Of a DNA stretch of 64,000 nt, positions 29,286 through 38,066 are shown piece after piece (the first letter of the stretch is position 1; each line of letters begins with the position of its first letter). Source of the stretch: a virus; IMG/VR virus record IMGVR_UViG_3300045988_109767, positions 1 through 64,000 of that record; one strand, given 5' to 3'. A program made the position numbers and the translations under genes. Below the pieces are notes generated by a model. The model had not been told where the DNA came from. It saw only the letters and a program-made list of their open reading frames with translations, and searched no databases.

Positions 29286-29550
29286 TTCCTCTGTTTATTA
29301 CTCTATAGTATTTATCCTTATCCCCTTCTTTCAACTTCTCCAGATAGAAAATTCCATCATGTAAATGAGACAAACAAAACCTGTATCCGTATTTCTGTAC
29401 TCTTCTTACATGATCCCGCAGTCTTATCTCTTCACTTTTGTCTTGTACTTTGATTTTAATACTGTCTCCTTCTTTGATTGTGTATAAAATAGTTTGAATC
29501 TCTTCTTTTTTCATCTTATAAAATATTTTAACGGCAGCACCTATACTCAC
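29266..29550 (-). CDS. hypothetical protein
   Basis: 94-aa ORF. Confidence 0.4.
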   Translation of the reverse strand: MSIGAAVKIFYKMKKEEIQTILYTIKEGDSIKIKVQDKSEEIRLRDHVRRVQKYGYRFCLSHLHDGIFYLEKLKEGDKDKYYRVINRGNGKTGV

Positions 29551-29577
29551 GCACCACTACTGCCTTATGTTTAACAA

Positions 29578-30387
29578 TTAAATACTTAACTCTTCAATGG
29601 TCAAGCCTTTTTCTTTTGCCCACTTTAGCATCGCGCATAATTCTGTTTCTGACTTATATTTCGGATCACGCCACGCCCATCCGAATTTATCCAGGACATG
29701 ATGATATAATTCGTCGGCCTTTGCCGTGTAAATGTCTTTGAATAAATGCTCCGAACCTTCCGGTATAAGCATCTCTGTTGTTGCAAAATCAGAATACGAC
29801 AAACATCCGTAAGCATATTCTGTTATTTCACTCCATGCTTCTCCGGCTTTAAATCCAAATTCTTTTACAAAAGCCAAAGTTAGATACATATTTAATAATA
29901 TTGCTGGATCATATACTGAATCTGGCTTTCTCTCTATTATTTCCTTTTCAAATTCCTTTAAATCTTCAGGTCCTAAAAAGATATATCCTGCCACCGATTG
30001 ATAATTAGCTTCCGCATACTTCTTGCATTTATTGTTATCAATAATCTTACCAATGTTAGATAATATCTTTTGCCTCCACCCATCACAAAACTCCACCTCT
30101 ATATTCATCCAATCAGTATTATAATTGTATTCTCTCGGATGTCCTACCGATGTAACCCTTATACTATTCACACCATATCCATAAAGGCGTTCTCCTACCT
30201 CATTGGCCCATTCCTGTACAAAAGGAATAAACTTATCGCAATAAGAATTAAAATCAAAATCTAATTCCTCCTCATATTCCGGCATCTCTTCATAATCTTG
30301 TTCAAAGAAATATCGAGGATCTGTTATTGTTTCATAGAAACTTACGTTAATGAAACAAAACTCGTTGGTTGTCGTTTTTAATATCAT
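29578..30387 (-). CDS. hypothetical protein
   Basis: 269-aa ORF. Confidence 0.5.
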   Translation of the reverse strand: MILKTTTNEFCFINVSFYETITDPRYFFEQDYEEMPEYEEELDFDFNSYCDKFIPFVQEWANEVGERLYGYGVNSIRVTSVGHPREYNYNTDWMNIEVEFCDGWRQKILSNIGKIIDNNKCKKYAEANYQSVAGYIFLGPEDLKEFEKEIIERKPDSVYDPAILLNMYLTLAFVKEFGFKAGEAWSEITEYAYGCLSYSDFATTEMLIPEGSEHLFKDIYTAKADELYHHVLDKFGWAWRDPKYKSETELCAMLKWAKEKGLTIEELSI

Positions 30388-30638
30388 AGCTTTTTGTATT
30401 TACGTACATTTTTCTTGCCATAGAATCTACACATGGCACGAATCTGACTATAAAATACTTTTGTCCTCCTGGCCTCAAAGTATTTAAACATTTCTTCATT
30501 CTTTGTTTCCCACACGTAATCCGTTTGAGAACTCATGTGATTTTTGTCCTTGCGTGAATAATGGTAATATGATACCACAACACGTTTCGCACCATTCTTT
30601 ACAGGTACGATATTCACATCTATGTTATTATCTGTCAT
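30384..30638 (-). CDS. hypothetical protein
   Basis: 84-aa ORF. Confidence 0.4.
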   Translation of the reverse strand: MTDNNIDVNIVPVKNGAKRVVVSYYHYSRKDKNHMSSQTDYVWETKNEEMFKYFEARRTKVFYSQIRAMCRFYGKKNVRKYKKL

Positions 30639-30757
30639 ATTATTATCGTTTTATATATTATACAAATACAAAGAGCGCACACCTTCACAGGCCGGCGCTC
30701 TTTTCAATAAAAATGAAAAAACTAACATTACATAAACATATTGTTTTCTGCTCTTTA

Positions 30758-30991
30758 TTACAATACTTTTGTCCCACAATTGTTATATCGTCCGTACTCT
30801 TTTTTCGTATCATTCAAGATTTCAAACACCATCTTCTTATGATCTTTGTTTGGCAACTTGTCTTTAATAGCCGATATTACACCAGCTATAGACGTAAAGC
30901 CTGAATCCGTTATTGAACATAGTAATAATCCCCTGTCATCGCTGGTGCTTATCGCTGAAGCCTTTATAATATCATTCTTATATATTCTCAT
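30758..30991 (-). CDS. hypothetical protein
   Basis: 77-aa ORF. Confidence 0.35.
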   Translation of the reverse strand: MRIYKNDIIKASAISTSDDRGLLLCSITDSGFTSIAGVISAIKDKLPNKDHKKMVFEILNDTKKEYGRYNNCGTKVL

Positions 30992-31011
30992 AACTTTTTT
31001 GTTTTATTGTT

Positions 31012-31122
31012 TGTGAGATGCCCAGAATCGAACCAGGACCGGTACATACATGCCGGCACGCCGCGTCATCCCCCTATATGATACAGAAATAGGCATGCCT
31101 ATCCTCACGAACCGACATGCCA
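31012..31122 (-). other. degenerate tRNA-like element A (T-arm plus 3' acceptor-like GGTTCGATTC...ATCTCACA; not a canonical cloverleaf)
   Basis: Plus strand reads tgtgagatgcccagaatcgaaccaggacc; shares GAATCGAACC and the ATCTCACA tail with element B and the T-arm with the real tRNAs at 39.8 kb; I could not pair the 5' acceptor or build a D arm. Confidence 0.35.
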
Positions 31123-31167
31123 AAACCCAAAACTTAATTTGATGAATAAAATAGATTAACAAAAATA

Positions 31168-31482
31168 CTATTCTAATTCTTTTATAATATCTTTCACAAT
31201 ATTCAGCCTTACCTCCTTCGTTTCTGGACTAAGACAACCAAACCACCCATAAAACGTTCTTGTTTCCTCTGGTTCTGTGGCCATACTTATCTTCTCTTCC
31301 AATTCCGGGAAATATATTCTCACCATTTCGTCTGAACGAAACTCATAGATATTTTTATGTGTTTTGAAATACATAAACACTACATTTCTTAACGCAACAC
31401 ATATGTATTCCCCATCCTCTAACCTATCAATCATCTCATATACCTTTTTCCATATGAATAATCGCTCTTCTTTTGTAAACAT
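31168..31482 (-). CDS. hypothetical protein
   Basis: 104-aa ORF. Confidence 0.45.
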   Translation of the reverse strand: MFTKEERLFIWKKVYEMIDRLEDGEYICVALRNVVFMYFKTHKNIYEFRSDEMVRIYFPELEEKISMATEPEETRTFYGWFGCLSPETKEVRLNIVKDIIKELE

Positions 31483-31490
31483 ATTCTTCT

Positions 31491-31838
31491 TTATTTTTGT
31501 GGTATTATTTGACTGTATGCAGACTTTTCCATGTACACAACACTATGTTCCTGTCCAAGGATTTTCTTTGCTGCCTCTTTCTTTATCGCACAATATCTCC
31601 CTGTACGATACGGATTCTTTTGATCTGATCCATCCTCGACTTCGATAATAAAACAACCTCCGTCATCTATTATCTTTTTGCAATTGTCACATACTCCGCC
31701 CGTGCATATATGATGCGGCGCCTGCCCTTTGATGTTATTTCCTAATAAAGCAATCCCCATCTCTTCGCCACATATCATGCAGACTTCTATAGACGGATTC
31801 AATCCGTGTTCTGGATGTAATGTAATACTGTCTTTCAT
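31491..31838 (-). CDS. hypothetical Cys-rich protein
   Basis: 115-aa ORF; CMICGE...CTGGVCDNCKK. Confidence 0.45.
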   Translation of the reverse strand: MKDSITLHPEHGLNPSIEVCMICGEEMGIALLGNNIKGQAPHHICTGGVCDNCKKIIDDGGCFIIEVEDGSDQKNPYRTGRYCAIKKEAAKKILGQEHSVVYMEKSAYSQIIPQK

Positions 31839-31864
31839 TTTCTTTCCTCCTTTGTTTTTAATAT

Positions 31865-31940
31865 TGTGTGAGATCGCCGGAATCGAACCGACCTACCGCA
31901 CCATGAATCCCATAAAGCAAATGCTCCGATCTTCGCAGAC
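31865..31940 (-). other. degenerate tRNA-like element B (T-arm GTCGG-TTCGATT-CCGGC plus acceptor-like GATCTCA-CA)
   Basis: Plus strand reads tgtgagatcgccggaatcgaaccgacc; partial 5' acceptor pairing (GAAGATC) only; too short for a D arm. Confidence 0.35.
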
Positions 31941-32180
31941 GGGAGCATTCTGTCTAAAGCATAAGAAAATTAATGAAGAAAATCTTCCTCACTTACGCCA
32001 TAGCATCTAAAATAGCTATCAACACTATTTCTATGACAAGCATAATAGAGAATGTCTTAAATATCTTTTTCATATCTCCTCCTTTTTTATCTGTTCTTTT
32101 CACGTTCCACAATAAACTGTTCCGGCTCTGCTCCGACCTACGTTCCACCTACAACCGCAGGCCTTAGCCCAAGGCGCCGC

Positions 32181-32441
32181 CTACTCCCCCTCTATGGCAG
32201 CCTGTTCGTACCTACAAATCCAATCTCCATCTATACAACTATTACTACGCGATAACAAACATTTATCCTTATAACAATCATAAAAAATACACCTCTCACA
32301 ACTGTAATCCCTAATTTCTACACAGCTAACTACCTTAGCATATACTATACCATCACTACCTTCTATTCCTCTTACCCCAAAAATAGAACCTTCTCCCTCC
32401 TTACTCAAATCTAAGTCAGGTGCAAAATCATATACGTTCAT
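32181..32441 (-). CDS. hypothetical Cys-rich small protein
   Basis: 86-aa ORF. Confidence 0.4.
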   Translation of the reverse strand: MNVYDFAPDLDLSKEGEGSIFGVRGIEGSDGIVYAKVVSCVEIRDYSCERCIFYDCYKDKCLLSRSNSCIDGDWICRYEQAAIEGE

Positions 32442-32515
32442 GTTGTTTATGTTTTAATTGTTATACATTCCGATTACTACTAATCTATAGAATATAGTTT
32501 TCAACTCTCAACCTA

Positions 32516-32694
32516 TTGAATTTTGTAGAATAAACTCACATTATGCTGTTTTAAAGCACTGTAAGTCTTAATTTTGTAGGAAAACCCTACATAATGCTGT
32601 TTTAAAACGCTGATCTGTTGAATTTTGTTGGCAGGAACTACATAACGCTGTTTTAAAACGCTGTAAGTCTTAATTTTGTGGGAAGACAGTGCCC
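32516..32694. repeat. tandem direct repeats, about 3.5 units of 50-52 bp (TTGAATTTTGTAG...ATGCTGTTTTAAAGCACTGTAAGTC)
   Basis: Units at 32516-32567, 32568-32617, 32618-32669 and a partial unit 32670-32694, each 80-90% identical to the others; intergenic. Confidence 0.85.
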
Positions 32695-33410
32695 TCCCTC
32701 TCCCCCTCTCCAACCCCGGCTAATCCTCCGACTTTCTGCATAGAAACTGCGCTCTCGGCCTCACTACAGGCATACGGAGAGCGCTACAAGCTTATACTAT
32801 GGCATGGGATATGGGGTGTTTAGAGATAATATCATTCCATAGAGAGAATAGAGAGCCTTCAGCCCACGCCCTACCGTCTGCTCCTCCTATCGAGATAGAT
32901 ATTCAAACCTATAATCAAAGCCAAAAACGAAAAGCAAAAGATCATTACAATATTATACTGATCTGCTCCGTACTCTAACATAGAACGGATACCAACTGAT
33001 AAAAAATATAGGTCAGCGACTAATAAAAACCACCACATAGAATAAAAAAAAATACAATAAGTATGTCCGAAAATACGGGTATTATAAAACCTAACTAATT
33101 GATAATCAAACATACCTCATTTTTAAGAAAAATACAATAAGCCTAATTTTCAATCCATAGAGACGAAAAAGGCGGCATCCTACACCATATTTTGGGTCAG
33201 AAAACCGCCTCCAGTTTCGTTTTAGACCAATTTTAACGACAGGATATAGACAAAATACCGGCGTTATATCCGAATACTCCTATTTTTGTTTCGTTTTAGA
33301 CCAATATAGCTCTCATCCGCCGTTCACTCTCAGAATATCCTACCCGTAAATAGAAAGAGTAGGATACAAAAATAGGACTGCTCCGATATTCGGAACAACC
33401 CTATTCCTGT

Positions 33411-33617
33411 TTAAATACTGTTTATGTTCTCCTTCACGTATGTTCGTGATGTATGGACTTTACGTTTGCATTTGTCCTTTCCTGTATCGGCATGATACGC
33501 TTCTTTGAGATCACGATACAACATAAATTCACGATACGCTCTTTTCCGCTTTTCTTTAGCTTCTTTCCTGGACAGACCGCGGACGTCTACCATATGAGAT
33601 TTAAATTTCCTTTCCAT
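33411..33617 (-). CDS. small basic protein (possible)
   Basis: 68 aa, Lys/Arg rich; lies in the gene-poor region. Confidence 0.3.
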   Translation of the reverse strand: MERKFKSHMVDVRGLSRKEAKEKRKRAYREFMLYRDLKEAYHADTGKDKCKRKVHTSRTYVKENINSI

Positions 33618-33651
33618 TTTCTTTATGCTTTAATTATGATTAACCCCAGCG

Positions 33652-33810
33652 GTTAAGTGCTTCGATATAGAAACCTTCCGCCTCTTTGTACTCACTTTCG
33701 CTCAATGTTTCCACCGTCTCGATATAGTTACGCAATGTTATTTTTACGCAACTGTTTTTAGATTTATTGAACGCTTCAATTAAAGCGTTGATCATTGCTT
33801 TCTTTTCCAT
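33652..33810 (-). CDS. small ORF (52 aa) not in the ORF track
   Basis: ATG (rc of cat 33808-33810): MEKKAMINALIEAFNKSKNSCVKITLRNYIETVETLSESEYKEAEGFYIEALN. Confidence 0.25.
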
Positions 33811-33833
33811 GCTATTATATTATTTATAATTTA

Positions 33834-33897
33834 GAGGTTGCTCCGGAATCGAACCGGACACGCATTCCTATCCTATAGAGATTTTATGCTACAACCA
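33834..33897 (-). other. degenerate tRNA-like element C (perfect T-arm TCCGG-TTCGATT-CCGGA, six-pair acceptor stem, no D arm)
   Basis: Plus strand reads gaggttgctccggaatcgaaccggac...acaacca; acceptor TGGTTGT/GCAACCT pairs over six positions; only 64 nt. Confidence 0.35.
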
Positions 33898-34392
33898 ACA
33901 GCCCGTAATTAGTACGTAGTTCTTGCGTACAGGCCCGTACTATGTTGTTATTATATTTTCCGTCTGCTACACAACTTAGCCACAAATAAAGGCGATTGTG
34001 TCCTTGCGCTTTGATACGGCACGTCCCTACATGGTAGGCTACATGCTTGTACCCTGTAATTTAATCTACAGCCTTGTTCTATTTTTTCGTGTAAGCAAGT
34101 AAGACACGTTTCGATCTGGAGATAAACCTCGTACAACGGCATGTTTTCCAAACTGTAATCACATACCTAACATGAATCACGCCTATTCGGGTGATTCATG
34201 CAGTAATACCAGCCCTTTAATTGCCAACGGCAAGGGCAACGGTATATCTATCTCCAATATGTAAAATAACTCTCTTTTTGTCAGCTTCAGTCTAAAGCAT
34301 ACGCGGGACGTGCACCCACTGACACTGGCGTACAGGCGCGTTAAGGTACGCGACAAACCTTTGGAGAGCTTAACGGCGCTCTCCGTGCCTTG

Positions 34393-34932
34393 TTACTGCT
34401 GGTTGCTTTCATGTGCGAGATATTCACTTACACACTTTGCCACAGTGCGAATAGAATAATATTTGATCTTAACAGCCACATAAGTAGCTTTATACTCGTC
34501 GTTTTCTTTTATCAACCATTTAGTGCTTTTTTTGGTCTCCAATGATTCGGCAGTAGTAAAACCAAATGATTTATATTCGCTACCGTAAACCACATTCTCA
34601 GCGCACCAATCAGCCGTTTTAGCCTCAACGCCTTTCTCTTTGTCTGCATTGGTATCCTTATACACTTTAGAGTATAAAGCAAATTTAACAAATGTATCGT
34701 CAACTTTCGGTAACATTTGGCTACACACAGCTACCAGGCGTTTTTTATCCTTGGCGAGGGCTGCAACCTTTACGGCGTATTCTGCCGGTATTTCTAAGGC
34801 CTTGCAAATAGACTTAAGATCAGCTCCATTAGCAAATAGAGCGTTGTACAGTTTAACAGCACCTACCAAATTTGCAGCATTTTCTTTGATAACGGCATTC
34901 TGTAGTTTGTTTACATTTTTTTTCGTAATCAT
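34393..34932 (-). CDS. hypothetical Lys/Ala-rich protein, isolated inside the repeat-rich region (start taken as MITKKNVNKL)
   Basis: Track ORF 34393..34995; the internal Met at 34932 is preferred because the first 21 codons are hydrophobic junk. Confidence 0.45.
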   Translation of the reverse strand: MITKKNVNKLQNAVIKENAANLVGAVKLYNALFANGADLKSICKALEIPAEYAVKVAALAKDKKRLVAVCSQMLPKVDDTFVKFALYSKVYKDTNADKEKGVEAKTADWCAENVVYGSEYKSFGFTTAESLETKKSTKWLIKENDEYKATYVAVKIKYYSIRTVAKCVSEYLAHESNQQ

Positions 34933-35325
34933 ATCCCAATATATTTTAATTGTTAAACAAATGATATTCAAATTAATGACCCACAACGCAGGCAATTACA
35001 GATACATATATAGCCAGCCCAACGGGTACACTATATAGGTTCACTATGTTAACTCGTAATCTCTCTCGATCACGACGCAAATATACGACATTTATCAATA
35101 TTACATATATATATGCTATATTTTTTTTGTTAACTTGTATTAATTTCGATTCTATTATCTGATTATCAGTAAGTTACAAAAAAAACACAAGAGCAGTATT
35201 ACACGCGTACATTAATATGTAGGATATATTCTTATTTAAGTGGCTTATAATCAATAGGTTATAATAACACATTGATTATCAATAATTTAAATAAGTGATT
35301 GATAATCAGAGAGTTTGTGGGTTTG

Positions 35326-35382
35326 AGGTAAAACGCGTTTCCGGTTTTCCAGCGAAGGGGGTGTGGGGAAGAAAACGCGTTT
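35326..35382. promoter_or_regulatory. pair of palindromic sites AAAACGCGTTTC (43 bp apart) in a GC-rich island with G-runs
   Basis: taaaacgcgtttccgg at 35327 and gaaaacgcgtttcggg at 35370; AAACGCGTTT is its own reverse complement; GGGGGTGTGGGG and GGGGGCGGGAGG nearby. Confidence 0.4.
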
Positions 35383-35419
35383 CGGGGGCGGGAGGTTCGT
35401 GATAGGTACCCCCTCTCTC

Positions 35420-35524
35420 TCATCACATAAATATTTTTTCTCATATCTCTCATCACATAAACCTCTTTCTCATATCTCTCCTATCACATAAACATTTCAC
35501 CATTCCTCTCCCTCATCACATAAA
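35420..35524. repeat. four direct copies of CTCT-n-(T)CATCACATAAA with about 31-bp periodicity
   Basis: tcatcacataaa at 35420, 35450 and 35513, and tatcacataaa at 35482; each copy is preceded by a CTCT tract. Confidence 0.8.
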
Positions 35525-35574
35525 AATATGGGGAACCTATCCAAAGTTCCCCATACTTATTTTACGACCAGTAA

Positions 35575-35967
35575 TTATTTACTTTCCCATATTAGTTTAT
35601 CTTCGGCTATTCCGATCTTTACTTCCTCGCACTTTCTTCCTATCCATCCATTGAGATACGAGAATGGTTCTGAGTTTTTTACTTCTTCTCCTAAGAAATT
35701 AAAAGCTTCAGTAGAAACATGGGATGCTTCATGGCAAACTGTTTCAAAATCAATTATTTTCTTATTAATAAACCATATCAAAAATCCCGTATTAGGATTT
35801 AATTTACACCCTCCGTATGGAACGGATACAGTTACAGCCTTGCTATTATCTACGTAACTAAAATCGTTATTGAAACATTCTACCATGCCAGATACGTCTT
35901 TTCCTACGTATATCCACAGATTAAAAGGATAGACTTCCGGATAGAACTGATATAATTCACGCTTCAT
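35575..35967 (-). CDS. small protein with HExxH zinc-metallopeptidase-like motif
   Basis: VCHEASHVSTEAFNFLGEE: HExxH plus a downstream Glu. Confidence 0.4.
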   Translation of the reverse strand: MKRELYQFYPEVYPFNLWIYVGKDVSGMVECFNNDFSYVDNSKAVTVSVPYGGCKLNPNTGFLIWFINKKIIDFETVCHEASHVSTEAFNFLGEEVKNSEPFSYLNGWIGRKCEEVKIGIAEDKLIWESK

Positions 35968-36932
35968 TTCGATAAAAGTTTTTTACTTTCAAGGAAGTCC
36001 TTAAACTGGTCACTTGATACGTCTATGACGAATCCAGCAGCACCAGTATGTCCTCCACCACCGAATCTTTTACTTACCTCACAGCAATCTACGCTGTCTT
36101 CTACGCATTCATAAAGAGAGAACCGTACTTTACCACCTGGCATGATACAAAATGGCATAAGGGCTTTAATTTTTCTACCGTCTAACCAGTCTCGTGTAAG
36201 AGAATCAAATACCTTAGAACTAAATTCGGTGGTATTCATCGCCACGACCTTCACCTCATCAACGTACGCTTCGAACGAATACGCACTTACCTCTTGTTCG
36301 TTTTTACCAGCCATGTAGTTAATTATAGCACGTCCTTCTTTAGCGAGATCATAAAAAATAAGATCAATTTCATTGTCCTTCATATCTTCTTTAAAGTGAT
36401 CATACAAATACGACAATGCTATTAATACATTGAGTCTTATTTTTGATCTCAAGGCATACTGGATAGCTACTACCGTATCCCAGCCTAAACCGGATTCTTT
36501 ATTCCACACATCGTAGTCTGACAGACACCGGACGATCGCCGGCACCTTCCCCATCAGCAGGTCCGAGGCCAGAGCGCACGCACCGACACCGACTCTCCTC
36601 AACCCTGGAACTACGAACCCCCATGTTTTACTATCTTCGATAATTCCCTTATGGTGATCTATCCACATCAGGCTCTTTCCTTCATCAAGCCATTTCTTGA
36701 AAATCGTTTTAGAATCGGCTCCGAAAGACACGTCAAGAACGTAAACAACCCCACATTCATCTACTTTATCAATAACTTTCTTTACATCATCTTCATACGA
36801 ATACGGGATATAAATAACATCCTTGTTTTTACTGTTTTCGTACATGGTTGCGATGGCTGCCGACACAACGCCATCTAAATCCGATTTATGATAAACTATC
36901 GCCGTTTTATTCACCTTCATAATATTGCACAT
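35964..36932 (-). CDS. DHH-family phosphoesterase (DHH plus DHHA1; NrnA/RecJ-like)
   Basis: Motif I YHKSDLDGVVSAA; DHH motif LMWIDHHKG; C-terminal GGGH motif RFGGGGHTGAAGF. Confidence 0.7.
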   Translation of the reverse strand: MCNIMKVNKTAIVYHKSDLDGVVSAAIATMYENSKNKDVIYIPYSYEDDVKKVIDKVDECGVVYVLDVSFGADSKTIFKKWLDEGKSLMWIDHHKGIIEDSKTWGFVVPGLRRVGVGACALASDLLMGKVPAIVRCLSDYDVWNKESGLGWDTVVAIQYALRSKIRLNVLIALSYLYDHFKEDMKDNEIDLIFYDLAKEGRAIINYMAGKNEQEVSAYSFEAYVDEVKVVAMNTTEFSSKVFDSLTRDWLDGRKIKALMPFCIMPGGKVRFSLYECVEDSVDCCEVSKRFGGGGHTGAAGFVIDVSSDQFKDFLESKKLLSK

Positions 36933-36944
36933 AACTACCTAAAA

Positions 36945-37505
36945 TTATTTACCAACAAACGTGATAACGTCCATATAGTCAATACCGGCATTCTCAGAAC
37001 ATACCTTATCCGAATCAGAGAACTGCCCTGGCAGACCACTGGCGTCCCCGACCATCAACGAACATCCCTTAAGTTGACTAAAGTTCATACCACGCATTAC
37101 CGTGTCTTTACACTTCATAAGAATATCATCAATCATGCCCGTGTTAGGCTTCCTCATCGGATTTTGTTCGTCATTTGAATAACACAACCTTTTTTCATAT
37201 AGGACGCCTCTTATGCCACGTTTTACCGCCAGATCATGTACGGACCTCAGTACGTATTCTATCTTAGCTTCAATATCAGCTCCAGAAACAAACCCAGCTT
37301 CTACTCCTCCTTGATTGCTTACGATAGCAAACACCTTAACACCGTTCTCCTGCATGAGGTCAAGAGCCTTATTCACCACATCCATCTTAATCCTCATATC
37401 TGTCAAGTCTGTAGCGAACGTATTCCCAGAAGCGGTTTCTATAAGCGTCCCGTCAAAATCGAATAGCAGTATTCTTTTGTTTTTAATATCCAAATCGTTC
37501 ATCAT
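36945..37505 (-). CDS. HAD-superfamily phosphatase (subfamily III; GmhB or polynucleotide 3'-phosphatase-like)
   Basis: Motif I LLFDFDGTLI; motif III RKPNTGM; motif IV MVGDASG. Confidence 0.65.
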   Translation of the reverse strand: MMNDLDIKNKRILLFDFDGTLIETASGNTFATDLTDMRIKMDVVNKALDLMQENGVKVFAIVSNQGGVEAGFVSGADIEAKIEYVLRSVHDLAVKRGIRGVLYEKRLCYSNDEQNPMRKPNTGMIDDILMKCKDTVMRGMNFSQLKGCSLMVGDASGLPGQFSDSDKVCSENAGIDYMDVITFVGK

Positions 37506-37912
37506 TTTTCACTCCTACTCTTTTTTATTACCCTAAGCTGAAGACGGAATAGATTACTGTCTTCTTTTATAATATCATACACAGCATAAGAATTTTCTCC
37601 TATATCCCATCCAAGATAATCGAGCAGGTCTTTTAAGTAAACTCTCTTGTATTTTACACCAAGGTTATTTACCTTAAACGATCTCTCGTCTTCAACATCA
37701 GAAGCAGCCAGATAAAAGACCGTATTTTCAACTCCTTCAAATATCTTCCCTTCTTCTAAGCCGATAACAACCGCATCCGTTACCCCCATCCAATTCAAAT
37801 TATCGACAGAGATAGTCATTATCTTACTTTTGCTGATTGACAACTTCCGGATCTTGCTTTCTTTAGTTTTAGATCCTAAAAAATCATTACTGTTAAAAAA
37901 ATCTACTTTCAT
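37502..37912 (-). CDS. hypothetical protein
   Basis: 136-aa ORF. Confidence 0.45.
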   Translation of the reverse strand: MKVDFFNSNDFLGSKTKESKIRKLSISKSKIMTISVDNLNWMGVTDAVVIGLEEGKIFEGVENTVFYLAASDVEDERSFKVNNLGVKYKRVYLKDLLDYLGWDIGENSYAVYDIIKEDSNLFRLQLRVIKKSRSEK

Positions 37913-38058
37913 GGTTATAATGTTTTATATTGATGTTGCAAATATACATAATAAATAATCAACAAAGAAATAAATAGGATTAAAACATGATAAAAAAACC
38001 CATAGCACTACGTATTTAATAAAAATAAATCAATGACGTAAGATAATAAAAATAATCA

Positions 38059-38066
38059 TATATTTG
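38059..38066 (+). promoter_or_regulatory. Bacteroidota-type -7 promoter element TATATTTG (TAnnTTTG) upstream of the BACON gene
   Basis: Exact TAnnTTTG match 32 nt upstream of ATG 38098, inside an AT-rich intergenic region. Confidence 0.4.

Noticed and set aside
32516-32694. Possible CRISPR array
   Set aside because: Units are contiguous near-identical 50-52-bp repeats with no unique spacers between them, and no cas genes are present. This is a tandem or iteron-type repeat, not CRISPR.
32513-32713. 66-aa minus-strand ORF with a repetitive peptide (KIKTYSVLKQ...)
   Set aside because: It is simply the translation of the 51-bp tandem DNA repeat array, with no independent coding evidence.
31012-33897. 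Calling elements A, B and C as functional tRNA genes or as an attP core
   Set aside because: I could not build complete cloverleafs (no D arm, imperfect or short acceptor pairing). No integrase or recombinase gene is visible anywhere in the window to support an attP interpretation. Kept as tRNA-like elements only.
30640-35575. Retron or diversity-generating retroelement in the non-coding island
   Set aside because: No reverse transcriptase ORF and no template/variable repeat pair with adenine-specific differences were seen.
34640-35857. Plus-strand ORFs 34640..35038 and 35528..35857
   Set aside because: The first is antisense to minus gene 34393..34932. The second overlaps the minus-strand HExxH gene and begins in the repeat region. 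Composition is low complexity.
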